Origin: Chiloscyllium plagiosum
Lineage: Eukaryota
NCBI RefSeq assembly: GCF_004010195.1
Contig: NC_057719.1
Coordinates: forward strand, 56,684,606 to 56,748,605
Direction: 5' to 3'
DNA length: 64,000 nucleotides
Numbering within the stretch: the stretch's first letter is position 1; each line of letters begins with the position of its first letter. Made by a program: the position numbers and the translations under genes. Under the pieces are notes generated by a model. The model did no database searches. It was not told where the DNA came from and saw nothing but the letters and a program-made list of their open reading frames with translations. Shown here in pieces: positions 24,471 through 35,704 of the stretch.

Positions 24471-25924
24471 TATCTAGGAATAGTAGTCTGGGAATAGGAC
24501 AAGAATCTGTCTGTGTGATTACATTCAAATTTCTATATCCTACACGTAATCTAATTGAACTAATTAGATTAGGCACCAATTCTTTAGAAAAACTGCAATT
24601 ACTCTGGCTTGGTTCCATCAATTGATCCTCTAACATATATTGAATTTCCTTTGTTATTTTGACCTGTTTTTCTGGGTTTAACTAGTATGGGTTTTGTTTA
24701 TCGGTCCAAACTGCTTACACCTATGTCATATTTGGATAATATAGTACATCTAATTGTATCTATGCAAACTTTAATGTATTTCCTGAGCAATCTTACTACT
24801 GTATATCACTCTTTTGATCTTTCTTCAGATGCAAAATACAGCATCAGAATTTTCTAATATCTGTGAATTGTTTAATTTAATGGCAGGAAGCTCACTTTGT
24901 AAATTATCCTTTACTCCATGGCTATCATCTTTCTTTCTTATATTCTCCTCTACTGCCGTCACTACTTGACACATCAGTATTTCCCCATTGTCTTCCCAAT
25001 GATAGGACTGTTTTAACATGTTCACATGACATGATAGAATTCTATTTCCTATGGATGGGAGTATCAATTAAAGATGCTACCTGACCAATCCTTCTAATTA
25101 CTTTCTCGGGACCCCTGAAATTTGCTTTTAATAGCTCACCCCAAAATTTCATTTCCTGCTTTAAAGATTCTAATTGTTGTATGTTTATCTGCCTGCACTT
25201 TAATTTTGTTTTGGGAAATTTTAATGTCTTGGTGCTCCTGTTAACTTTTTGAGAAACATGGATACATACTCAAACATTGAATATTCATTTTTCTGACTTA
25301 ATCATTTACCTCTAATCAGTTTTATTGTTCCTCGTATTTCATGGCCATAAACTAACTCAAAATACCCGAAGCCAGTGGATTCATTTGAAGAACCCCTGGT
25401 TGCAAGTAAAAGAAAATTTAAACCTTTATCCCAATCCTTTGGACACTCTTAAAGCACTTTGGGTCTGTGGATGGTACACAGTCTTTACCTATTTAATCCC
25501 CAAAATACTACCGATAGCTTGAAAATGTTTTGACATAAAGTTTGATCCATAATCAGACTGTATTTTCATTGGTGGTAACCTGTTTCTGTAATTGTTCTGA
25601 TTCTTGTACCTCCTTTGTGCATTTACTACACCAACAGTTACTTCTCCTGATAACAAATCACATTCCAGTGTACTTTATATAATGGAACTGGAACATATTC
25701 TCCCTTAATCCCATTTATGAATACCTTAGTTCCCATCAATCAGTCTAGGGGGAAAATCATGATTTTCTCCAGTAAAATTGATTGCATCACCCCTATATCT
25801 CTAAGTATGGTTTCATAGCTTTCATTTCCCCGAGACATTTCTTTACTAATGACAGAATTCTACCATTGGCCTTTTCGTTAACATTAGTAGTACAATCTGG
25901 TCCATGGAACTATCTTTTTGTCTT

Positions 25925-26030
25925 CAGAAACAAAAACAGAAATTGCTGGAAAAGCTGAGAGGATCTGTCAGTATCTGTGGAGAGAAATCAGTGCTAATAG
26001 TTTGGGTCCAGTGATCCTACTTCAGAACAC
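25925..26030 (-). mobile_element. Old Penelope-like terminal repeat with decayed hammerhead
   Basis: Minus ttCTGAAGTAggatcactggacccAAAC; same family at 31003-31050, 32711-32899 and 44290-44558. Confidence 0.6.
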
Positions 26031-26431
26031 TAAGTCCCATGGGTCTACCTTGCAACTTCCAATATTAGCATGCACATGTCCCAACTAATTACAGTAGAAA
26101 CATTTAATCTTCTGAACTTCACCACCAGACTCATCTTAATTTCCATCTTAATTGGAGTTGTAGTGCTTGGGGTGTTTCCCACTGTCTACACTCTACCTTG
26201 GCTACTTACCTTTTTTTCACACTCTCATTTTTGTTCTTCTCAAATTTCTGGGGTTAGAGAAAATGCTTATGGACCACTTCATAATCATTAGCCATTGCAG
26301 CTACTTGTTTTACTTTACTACCCTTTGATCTTCTACATGAGTTCTAATTACAAAACGTAGTGAAGTCTTCTAAAGTAATATCTTTCCTGAGACCACAGTA
26401 AGTATTCTATGCCTTTAATGCTCTTATCCAC

Positions 26432-26978
26432 CATAGAGTCATAGAGATGTACAGCATGGAAACAGACCCTTTGGTCCAACCCGTCTATGCCGACCAGATA
26501 TCCCAACCCAATCTTGTCCCACCTCCAGCACCCAGCTCATTCCCTCCAAACCCTTCCTATTTATGTACCCATCCAAATGCCTCTTAAATGTTGCAATTGT
26601 ACCAACCTCCACCACAACCTCTGGCAGCTCATTCCATACACGTATTGCCCTCTGCGTGAAAAAGTTGCCCCTCAGGTCTCTTTTATATCTTTCCCCTCTC
26701 ACCCTAAACCTATGCCCTCTAGTTCTGGATGCCCTGACTCCAGGGAAAAGACTTTGTCTAGTTATCCAATCCATACCCCTCATAATTTTGTAAACCTCTA
26801 TAAGGTCACCCCTCAGCCTCCGACGCTCCAGGGAAAACAGCCCCAGTCTGTTCAGCCTCTCCCTATAGCTCAAATCCTCCAACACCGTCAACATCCTTAT
26901 AAATCTTTTCTGAACCCTTTCAAGTTTCATAACATCTTTCCGATAGGAAGGAGACCAGAATTGCACGCAATATTCCAA
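26432..26978 (-). mobile_element. Young CR1/HER1-like LINE 3' fragment
   Basis: Uninterrupted 179-aa frame EYCVQFWSPSYRKDVMKLERVQKRFIRML...RVWNELPEVVVE; ctctatgactctatg tail. Confidence 0.93.
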
Positions 26979-26984
26979 CCATCA

Positions 26985-27850
26985 AAATTAGTTTGTTTTA
27001 CCATCTCAAATTCAGTACGAATTTGTCCAGTTGTTTTTGTAAGTTCTGAAACCTCTGCCTGTATGCTTCTGGGACCAACTCATGTGCACTTAGAATAGCC
27101 CTTTTTATGTTATCATAATTTTTAGAATGTTGCTCCGATAGAGATGCATAAATCTCTTGTGCTTTCCCAGTTAATTTACTCAACACAGGCAAGGTTTCAG
27201 CGCACCCATTTGTGTTGTCATCTTCTCAAACAACATAAAAAATGCTTCTACATCCATCTTTTCAATACACTAACCTTAAATATCTCCTGGCTGAACCATG
27301 GATTGAGATGAGAAACTTCTTCTAAGTCTTCACGATTATCTGGTTAAACTTATTTAAGCTGCATCATTTCTAATTTAAATTACCACTGTTTCTCTTTTTC
27401 CTCCCTTTCTCTTTCTTTCATTCTTTGGAATTCCAGCTTTTAAGTTCTAACTCTCTTTGGAATTCCATCTCCAGTTTTCCCAATTCCATTTGCCTGAACT
27501 GCAAATCAAAGTTCACAGATGCAACCAATATTTTGCCTGTTTGACTTGGCCTCTCTATTTCCACTAAACCCAACTGCTTCTTTATTTCATCAATAATGGC
27601 TGTGTTCTTAAATTGTTATGTCAACATTATTTCCAGTCTGCTGGCTAACTCTGCCAATTTTGCTCTAATTATACTGTACAACCTTACCAGGGAAACCTTT
27701 GACATTTTTAAAAATGCCTTAACAGTAACCAATGTCATCTTAAGTCTGAATACAAACCTGGTGTTTGATCATCCACTCTAACAACCAAAATCCAATTCCA
27801 GATCTACATTGTCTGTGTTTCAAGATCGAGGACTTGAGCACGCTATTACG
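26985..27850 (-). mobile_element. Gypsy (Gmr1-like) LTR retrotransposon gag remnant
   Basis: LSKLTGKAQEIYASLSEQHSKNYDNIKRAILSAHELVPEAYRQRFQNL, preceded by a coiled-coil-like E/K-rich segment. Confidence 0.75.
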
Positions 27851-27984
27851 TTATGCCATGAAGACAGACAGCAGACCCACATTAGCATTTCTACCACTGT
27901 ATTTGCAACGCAGCAAAATTAAAACCTTCAAAGAATCTCAAAATTGACCCCAATGGTTCCTGACTAGACTTTTTGAATAAGCAA

Positions 27985-28075
27985 GTCGAGAGTGTGGTGC
28001 TGGAAAAGCACAGCAGGTCAGACAGCATCTGGGAAGCAGCAGTATCGACGCTTCGGGCATATGCCCTTCATCAGT
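27985..28075 (-). mobile_element. Penelope-like terminal fragment with mutated hammerhead
   Basis: Minus 28074-28047 reads CTGATGA-a-gggc-atat-gccc-GAAG-C-GTC. Confidence 0.75.
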
Positions 28076-28679
28076 GTGGAATGCAGGTTCCAAAATGCAA
28101 CAAAAAATGTTTGAGGAATACCGGAGGTCTAAAAGATATCGATAATTGTGGGTAGATTCAAAACAAGAAAGACAACATTTCAATGGGAACCCAAAGCTGT
28201 TGCGAAGAGAGATGCAGCCATGAAGGCAAATATTGGTAGATAACGGATCAAACATTAGAAGGGAAATAGAAGGTAATAAACATGTATCAAGTAGAAGAGA
28301 CAGTGGAAATCATATTTCTTGCAGTGAGGGCAGCTGAACAGAAACTAAAAAGCCTGCTTACACCCATCCCACAGTTTCTGCACATTCAATCAAGTTTTGG
28401 ATGACCTGTGAGTAGCTATCCAATAGGAAGAAGGCCAATATTTGAAGCAAAGGAAGCTTCCTAAACACTAAACCTTCCCCTTCTCTGTTTCAATCTTGCA
28501 GTTATTATCAGTGCCACATCGTCATGCTGTCCTTTGATGCCAAATACACTCAACTCATGTCTGAGGTACTGTAAATAATGTGGTGATTTTTAGCAGTTCC
28601 ATTCACAGTGGAATATGAACAACACCTTGGCGTGAAATGCATAACTTGTGGGCTCAAAGAATCGACTCTGGGGGAGAAA

Positions 28680-30520
28680 AGATCAAAACAATGGCACTTT
28701 AAAAAGCAGGAAGATAGACAAAGGCAGAGACCATGTGGTCAGACATAGAAACCTATACTGCTGTCTGACACAGCAGTGAATCTGCACAGCTACTGCCTTT
28801 GCTGTTTGAGTATCTCTGGAAATCGGAGTGTGTCTAAGAAAAGTTAACAAACAACGAAAATTACAGCTGACCTTGGAGGAACCTGTGTGGACGAGCTCAC
28901 AGCACAGGATCAGTTAAGTGCATAGTTTTTCAGTGTAAGCTTCCTGTAAATCTACAATAGTGAGTTGAGTGGGCTCTTTATTCATTATTTGTTTTATGGA
29001 GATCTGTTTCTTGATTAAATGTTTAAAGTATAAACCATAAGTACTCAGTTAGCTTGGAGCAGTGTTTCGTTAGAGCAGTAAGATGGTGCTATTTTCTGGA
29101 TCTGTAGATAGTTAAGGAGCAAAACTGGCCTTTAGTAGAGTGATGTGCTCTTCCTGTCAGATGTGAGTGTTTAGGGAGAGTTTCCATGTTACTGATGATT
29201 ATGTCTGCAGAAAGTGACTTTGGTTGTGAATCCTATGAGATTGTATGGATCATTTGGAGCTGGAGTTAGAGGCAATGAGGAATTTAGGGGGTGTGATGGA
29301 TGGTAGTTATAGGAAGGGAGAAAGACCAAAGATGCAGTCAGATAGATGGGTTAACTCTAGGAAAGGTAGGAGAGGTAGGCAGGTAGTGCAGGATCTCCTA
29401 TGGCTATCCCCATCTCAAACAAGTTTGCTGTTTTGGAAATTGTAGGTGATGGACTCAGGGAAATGTAGCACGATCAGCCAAGTTTCTGGTATCGAGACTG
29501 GCTCTAATGTAATGAGGGGTACGTCATGTTCCAAGCAGTTCATTGTATAGGAGATTCTCTAATCAGAGGCACAGATAGATGTTTCTGCGGCTGGCAGTGA
29601 GAAATCAGAATGGTGTGTTGCCTCCTTGGTGCCTGGATCAAGGATGTCTCGGAGAGGATGGAGAATGTTCTCAAAAGGGAAAGGGACCAGCAGGAGGTAA
29701 TTGTTCACATTGGAACTAATGACATAGGAAGGGAAAAGGATGAGATTCTGAAGGGAGAATATAGGAAGTCGGACAGGAATTTAAAGAGGAGGTCTTCGAG
29801 GATAGTAAATTTCTGGATTACTCCCAATGCTATGCACTAGTGAGGGTAGGAATAGGTGGATAGAGCATGCTGAGGAGCTGGTGCAGGGGTGAAGGTTTTA
29901 CACTTTTGAATTATTGGAATCCACTTTGGGGTAGAAGTGACCTGCACAAGGAGGACAGATTGCACCCAAATTGGAAGGGGACTAATATTTTGGCAGGGAG
30001 ATTTGCTAGAGCTGCTTAGGAGGATTTAAAGAAGTAAGATGGGAGTGTGGGACCCAGGGAAATAGTGAGGAAAGAAGTCAGTCCGAGACTGGTACAATTG
30101 GGAAAAGGAGCCAAACAGTCAGGGCAGGCAGGAACAAAGCAGAGAATGAGTTGGATTGATAAATTAAACTGCATTTATTTCAATGCAAGAGGCCTAACAG
30201 GGAAGACAGATGAACTTAGGACATGGTTAGGAACATGGGACTGGGATAACATAGCAATTACAGAGAGGTGGCTCAGGGATGGACAGGACAGGCATGCCGA
30301 GGGTGCTGAGTGTATGGAATGAGCTGCCAGAGGAAGTGGTGGAGGCAACATTAAATTACAACATTTAAAAGGCATCTGGATGGGTATGAGAATAGGAAGG
30401 GTTTAGAGGGATATGGGCCAAGTGCTGGCAAATGTGACTAGATTAGGTTAGGATATCTGGTCAGCATGGACGAGTTGGACCAAATGATCTGTTTCTGTGC
30501 TGTACATCTTTATGACTCTA
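28680..30520 (+). mobile_element. Internally deleted CR1 LINE (probable 5' UTR, esterase-type ORF1, ORF2 start fused to 3' end)
   Basis: ORF1 VCCLLGAWIKDVSER...VIVHIGTNDIG; ORF2 start NCIYFNARGLTGKTDELRTW...AITERWL joined at ~30293 to the 3' terminus. 5' boundary uncertain. Confidence 0.8.
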
Positions 30521-31050
30521 CTCAGCACTGCAAAAAGGACATTTGCAAAAGATGTATAATGTCACAGTCATGCTTACAATTGTACAGAACCCTGGTCTCC
30601 GAATCACTGTTTATTATTCATTGAAGATACAAAGAATTTTTTTTTTAAAAAAGCTAACTAAAGCCAGCACCTTCCCCAGCAGAACATAGTGGTACATTCA
30701 ATGAATGCCTTGATGGCAAACCTTTTTTTTAAAATCACCCTCATGCTGCTCCAGAATAGCGGGCAAAAAAGGCATCCAATTGTTTTTTAAATGTACAAAG
30801 TCCAGAAAATGCAGCAGATATTAGAACATTGTAGACAATTGGATCAGCAACAAGCTGAATGACTTGTTAATTAATTAATTCAACATGCCTAAGTTGGGAT
30901 GATTGTCATATAGCTGACACATCACAATCTTTCATCAACATTTGGATTTCTGTGAAATTCAGTTTAATGCAGAGGGAACACCCCACAATCAACTTCTGGC
31001 TCTTAAGGAGGGTCACTGGGCTCAAAAGATTATCTGTTTTCTCTCCACAG

Positions 31051-31345
31051 ATTGGATTAGATTCCTTACAGTGTGGAAACAGTTGGCCCAACAAGTCCAC
31101 ACCGACTCTCTGAAGACTAACCCATCGAGACCCATTTCCCTACATTTACCCTGACTAATGCACCTAAACTGGCAATTTAGCATGGCCAATCCACCCAACC
31201 TGCACATCTTTGGATTGTGGGAGGAAACCGGACCACCCGGAGGAAACCCACACAGCCACAGGGCAAAACTCCACACAGTCACCCAAGGTGGGAATCAATC
31301 CCAGGTCTCTGACGCTGTGAGGCAGCAGTGGTAACCATTGAGTCA
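31051..31345 (-). mobile_element. HE1-type tRNA-derived V-SINE
   Basis: Reverse complement of the 48479 copy; (gatta)n tail; gggtttcctccgggtg core. Confidence 0.88.
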
Positions 31346-31479
31346 CTAGATATGTCTTCCATTTTCCTCAATCAAGAATTCCCACCTCAACTGTGACAGA
31401 CAGGGTCGTCAACCAAGCATTTCCATCCAACTGGACAATGTGGAGAAATGTTAGAGGTAGATTTTAGTCAAAAACTGCA

Positions 31480-31990
31480 GAAAGTTTGAGAGAGATGAGG
31501 AGGAATAGTGAATCACAATCATAGCCAAAAATATATCATTTGTCACTCTGATGAGAACTGTATCATCCTGTGGCACAGGGAAACTGGATAAAAGGATTAC
31601 ATCATCAACTTCTAGGAAAAATGAGCCTGGGTTTCAGCAACAGCACCTCATTCAAGGACTTTCGAAAGAAAGGGAGTTTTCACATAAGACAGTAGTTTTC
31701 ACATAAGACAGTAGTTTACTAGGATAGAATTTTTGAGAGATTTGATGACAACAAATTTGATGGTGAGGGGATCATAAACTGAGGAGAGAAAACAATTAAC
31801 TCGCAAGCTATCATCAACGTGAGGGAGTGGTTCATCAGCAATTTGGAGGAAATAAAGTTGAAGCAGGAGGGGGAGGTCTAATGGACAAGTGGAATTTGGA
31901 GAGGATACTGGGTAAGATTGAAGAGAAAACAGAAGATGATGAGTGTTCTGCTTATGGCCAGTGTGGATTTACTGGGGATTTCCAGAGGAG
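31480..31990 (-). mobile_element. Decayed L2-like LINE fragment
   Basis: Minus remnant resembling F...H.TET.LIRVTNDI at ~31530-31590. Confidence 0.45.
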
Positions 31991-32480
31991 GAGAACCAGT
32001 GCATAGAGTAACATCCTATTGGGATTCATATTCTTTCCCTATTCTTTTCATCCTGCCCCAACCAACAAAAATAAAATCAATTTACCGATATCTTTCAAGG
32101 TGCTGCTTGAAAGGCATTGCAAAAATGGTCTTCAGTGAAAGAGCAGCAGCAATAATTAGGCAGATACTGCTAGATTTGCTGAGTTTATGTAGTAATTTTT
32201 ATTTGTATAGACTAAATGCTGACTGGAACAAACGTTAAGGAGGTTACATCATGAGTAATGAGTTCAGTACACTAAATAGAAAGACTCCTCCTTCCCTATA
32301 CACCTTCCCATATAAATGCAAGGAATACAACACCCGCCCTTTTCATTGTCCTCAGTACCAAACACTCTTCCTAGTGAAACGGTGATTTACTTGTACTTCT
32401 ATTTATTATACTGAACTCACTACTCACAATGTAGGCTCCTCAACATTGTTTCAGTCAGCAGTTAGTCTGCTCAAACAAAA

Positions 32481-32691
32481 TTGAAACTTTATTGCTGGAA
32501 CAGCACAGCAGGTCAGGCAGCATCCAGGGAACAGGAGATTCGACGTTTCGGGCACAGGCCCTTCTTCCTGAAGAAGGGCCTGTGCCCGAAACGTCGAATC
32601 TCCTGTTCCCTGGATGCTGCCTGACCTGCTGTGCTGTTCCAGCAATAAAGTTTCAACTTTGATCTCCAGCATCTGCAGACCTCACTTTCTC
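32481..32691. mobile_element. 211-bp palindromic Penelope-derived mini-element with 14-bp TSD
   Basis: Perfect 87-bp inverted arms 32481-32567 / 32570-32656; ctgctcaaacaaaa at 32467-32480 and 32692-32705. Confidence 0.92.
32568..32595 (+). ncRNA. Minimal type I hammerhead ribozyme motif
   Basis: CUGAAGA-A-GGGC-CUGU-GCCC-GAAA-C-GUC: both conserved core boxes, 4-bp stem II, palindromic ACGU stem III. Confidence 0.75.
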
Positions 32692-32785
32692 CTGCTCAAA
32701 CAAAAACCATAAATTGCTGACGAAACTCAGGAAGTCTGGCAGCATCTGTGGAGAGAAAACGGAGATAATGTTTTGAACCCAGTGA

Positions 32786-32878
32786 GTCGAGAGTGTGGCA
32801 CTGGAAAGGCACAGCAGGTCAGGCAGCATCTGAGGAGCAGGTGAATCGACTTTTCAAGCACAAGCCCTTCATCAGGAA
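32786..32878 (-). mobile_element. Penelope-like terminal fragment with hammerhead core, nested in an older terminal repeat
   Basis: Minus 32875-32848 reads CTGATGA-a-gggc-ttgt-gctt-GAAA-a-GTC; gaacccagtga at 32775-32785 and 32876-32886. Confidence 0.8.
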
Positions 32879-33770
32879 CCCAGTGACCCTTATTCAGAAC
32901 CAGAAGCTGACTGGTTGATTAATTTGGTCAATATCTCAATGCAGTGAATAAGAGTCACATCAAGCTTTCAGTTACCTACCATTTTAATTTTTCATCTTGC
33001 TCCCATCTCATTCAGCCTGTCCTTGAAGGCTACAGTATTTCAATGAAGCTCACACAAGATTAAGGAACAGCACCTCGCCTTTTCAAAGGGCACTGTCTTC
33101 TGGACTTTAACGGAGTTCAATAATTTCAGGTCATAAGCTTTGTCCGTATTGTGTTTGATTTGCCAGTGCATTTTTGTCACTCATTTCTTTCTTATTTTCT
33201 TTGCAATTGGACAGCAACCATTTATAGTTCCTCTCTCAGCACTGAGTCTTTACTTGTTCCATTACAACACTTTCGCTTTGAATTTGTACCATGAAATCAT
33301 GTCATTTAATATTTCCTGCCTCCCATTCTACAATAGACTTTGCAGTTTGTTCTTCCATATAAAGCCCCTTTCACTTGATTAAAACATAATTCTAACTTTG
33401 CTTAGTTGTGATGGCTGGCAGCAGAATGCAAGAGTAGGTACTGCTGGGACTACAAGGAACCCAGAGAAGATGATCATGGCAACCTGAGATAGGTAAATCC
33501 CTGGCTTTCAGGGAGTGATTGGTGATCCAAGGGAGGAGAAATGGGAGGAACTGGCTTTTGGAGTGCAAGTAGGGAGGAACAAAGGGGTCTTACATCTTGG
33601 GCTAGTGAGTGCCAAGATTGATTACCAACTCCCTTTCTTCCCCTCATTTTATTGGAAGTGAATTGAGGTCCTTCCTATAATTACCACTAAATTGGGTAGT
33701 TCAACTAACAGGCATCTAATCTACTCCCCACTCTGTATTACATGGAACAGGTTGGGGTGGGCAGAAAGAT

Positions 33771-33962
33771 TCTGGATTAGTGGTGCTGGAAGAGCACAGC
33801 AGTTCAGGCAGCATCCAAGGAGCTTCGAAATCGATGTTTCGGGGAAAAGCCCTTCATATATTCCTGATGAAGAGCTTTTGCACGAAACGTCGATTTCGAA
33901 GCTCCTTGGATGAGTGGGGGAGGGGATGAAGGTGATAGGTCAGGGAGGAGAGGGTGGAGTGG
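33771..33962. mobile_element. Palindromic Penelope-derived fragment with hammerhead core
   Basis: 46-bp inverted arms 33812-33857 / 33867-33912; CTGATGA...GAAACGTC at 33864-33891. Confidence 0.82.
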
Positions 33963-34279
33963 TAGTGGGCTGAGCACCTGACATTTTACTTGCCCTCCTA
34001 CCGAACATATTCCTGTCAGGAGAGCAGTAAATATTCCAAAAAAATTATTAAAGCAAGCATTAGCAATACTTTGATACTTGAGAATATTTCAATAATGTTG
34101 AAAATATATGAAATGGAAGGGAACAAATAATTCATTAGTGAATTACAGTACATTAGATATTTATTAGTTTCCCTTTGTGCTTTGACATTTCTCAATATAG
34201 CAAGACATTTCAGAGTCCTGAAAGACTACATTATAGCATTCTCCATTTAAGACTTGCTAACGAAAATTTCCACAAGTAG

Positions 34280-35555
34280 ACATGGTAAGAATATTTTTTA
34301 TTGCAATATTAAACAGCGCATCTTCAGCCATTACAAATTTTTATAGACAACTACATAAATGACAATACATAATATTTTTTTCATATGATATTTACACATG
34401 CAGTTAGTACTGACATCATGCTACATACTGTTAGTAGTAACATTGCAAGTCACCTACAAAATAATGTTTCCTTGTAGGAAAATACATTTGATAAGCTGGA
34501 ATATGCATTTTGTTGCATTTCAGCAATTTAAAGTTGACTCAATTCAAGTTGAACTGGTTATACAGACACACTTAAATGATCCCTTTTCTCCTTAATGAAT
34601 ATATCACAGAAAATTGAAAACATATTTGAGTGCAAATCCTGTAAGAGTGCATATCCAAACACATCCAGAATTCTCATCATTCCAGCAATAACTTGGCCTC
34701 TTACCAGATTTCACCTACAGTGTTTTTTCTACAGTCTCTTGGTTGGAAGCCATGCACAAGTAAATAGTTTAACTCAGCAGCATTTTCAGCATTTTTAAGA
34801 TTATATATATTTATATATATATATATATATATGTCAGTGTTTAAAATAAAAGCAAGTCCATATATTTCCTCTTGATTTTCTTTTGTCAAGCTATGTTTTA
34901 TAGCTGAAATGCTAAGAGACCATTTACATTCCTTGGAAAATTCATACTTATAATTTAAAATGAAAATATTCTGTACATGTTTTGTGCCATAAGATTGATT
35001 TGGTGAATATATTTTGAAACAACTTTACATCTACATAAAAACTGAAAACTTACTATACATTCCTGAATTGTGCACAAGTAATCTGAAATGTTTCTACTGT
35101 AAAACAAAACTGTACAAAGTACACAATATACAGCCAAGCAAGACTGCTGTAATTTCCTAGTGATGATACCCAATAACAAATGGGTCATTCAACTTAACTA
35201 GCCAAATACAATTCAACAAGAAAATGTTTTTCAAAACAGTAAGTGTGATTAAAAGTGCAGTAAATATACAGATACGTAATCAAGTAGGTGCAAGGTAGTT
35301 GCACTGTACAACCAAGCATAGATTAGATTGCTAAAATATATATTTTGGTAAGCTAAAAATAGAACTCCAGTGTTCTTAATAAAAAGTAGTTTACAAGAAA
35401 CAGGTATTAAACTGCATATGGAGTGGTAACACACAGTTACTAAATTAGCAAGAGGCAAAACATTTGGCTTAAGCAATAAAATAATAAGTAAAAAAAGAAC
35501 ACATTGATTTATGGCTAGTGAATTAGGAGTGTAACGTTTTGTTATGATGTGGTTG
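34280..35555 (-). other. RALGAPA1: Probable RALGAPA1 3' UTR
   Basis: ~1.3 kb transposon-free AU-rich sequence following the stop codon; contains a (TA)n tract at ~34802-34832. Confidence 0.6.
34297..34302 (-). terminator. Candidate RALGAPA1 polyadenylation signal
   Basis: AATAAA on minus strand at the end of a repeat-free AT-rich tract below the stop; a second candidate lies at 34160-34165. Confidence 0.5.
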
Positions 35556-35704
35556 TTAAGATTTATTAGCCGAACCAGACGAGCGCCGCAATTTCATCGA
35601 CATACGACTCTTGCTAGCACGAGGTGACATTGGAGAGGCTAAGTCGATCCCGTCCGCCCCCTGTGCTGCAGGACTTTCGGCCTGCTGACTCTCTGGGCAT
35701 AAGC
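35556..35704 (-). CDS. RALGAPA1: RALGAPA1 terminal exon, coding part of the long isoform
   Basis: Acceptor ttttgcag; in phase with the 61619 donor gives GLCPESQQAESPAAQGADGIDLASPMSPRASKSRMSMKLRRSSGSANKS*, matching the recalled vertebrate long C-terminus DLASPMSPRTSKSRMSMKLRRSSGSANKS. Confidence 0.92.

Larger units (their letters stand above)
32270..33135 (+). mobile_element. Decayed Penelope-like GIY-YIG fragment interrupted by younger insertions
   Basis: 32380-32450 and 32905-33130 resemble the reverse complement of 20700-20990. Confidence 0.55.

Noticed and set aside
26439..27098. 179-aa and 203-aa ORFs as host genes
   Set aside because: A CR1 ORF2 C-terminus and its antisense shadow.
31677..31717. 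Short tandem duplication (ttttcacataagacagtag), similarly 62040-62080
   Set aside because: Two-copy local duplications; no spacer array, not CRISPR-like.
32481..32656. miRNA precursor or DNA-transposon MITE
   Set aside because: Perfect arms, an asymmetric tail, a long TSD and the hammerhead core fit a PLE-derived insertion better; small-RNA production is not excluded.
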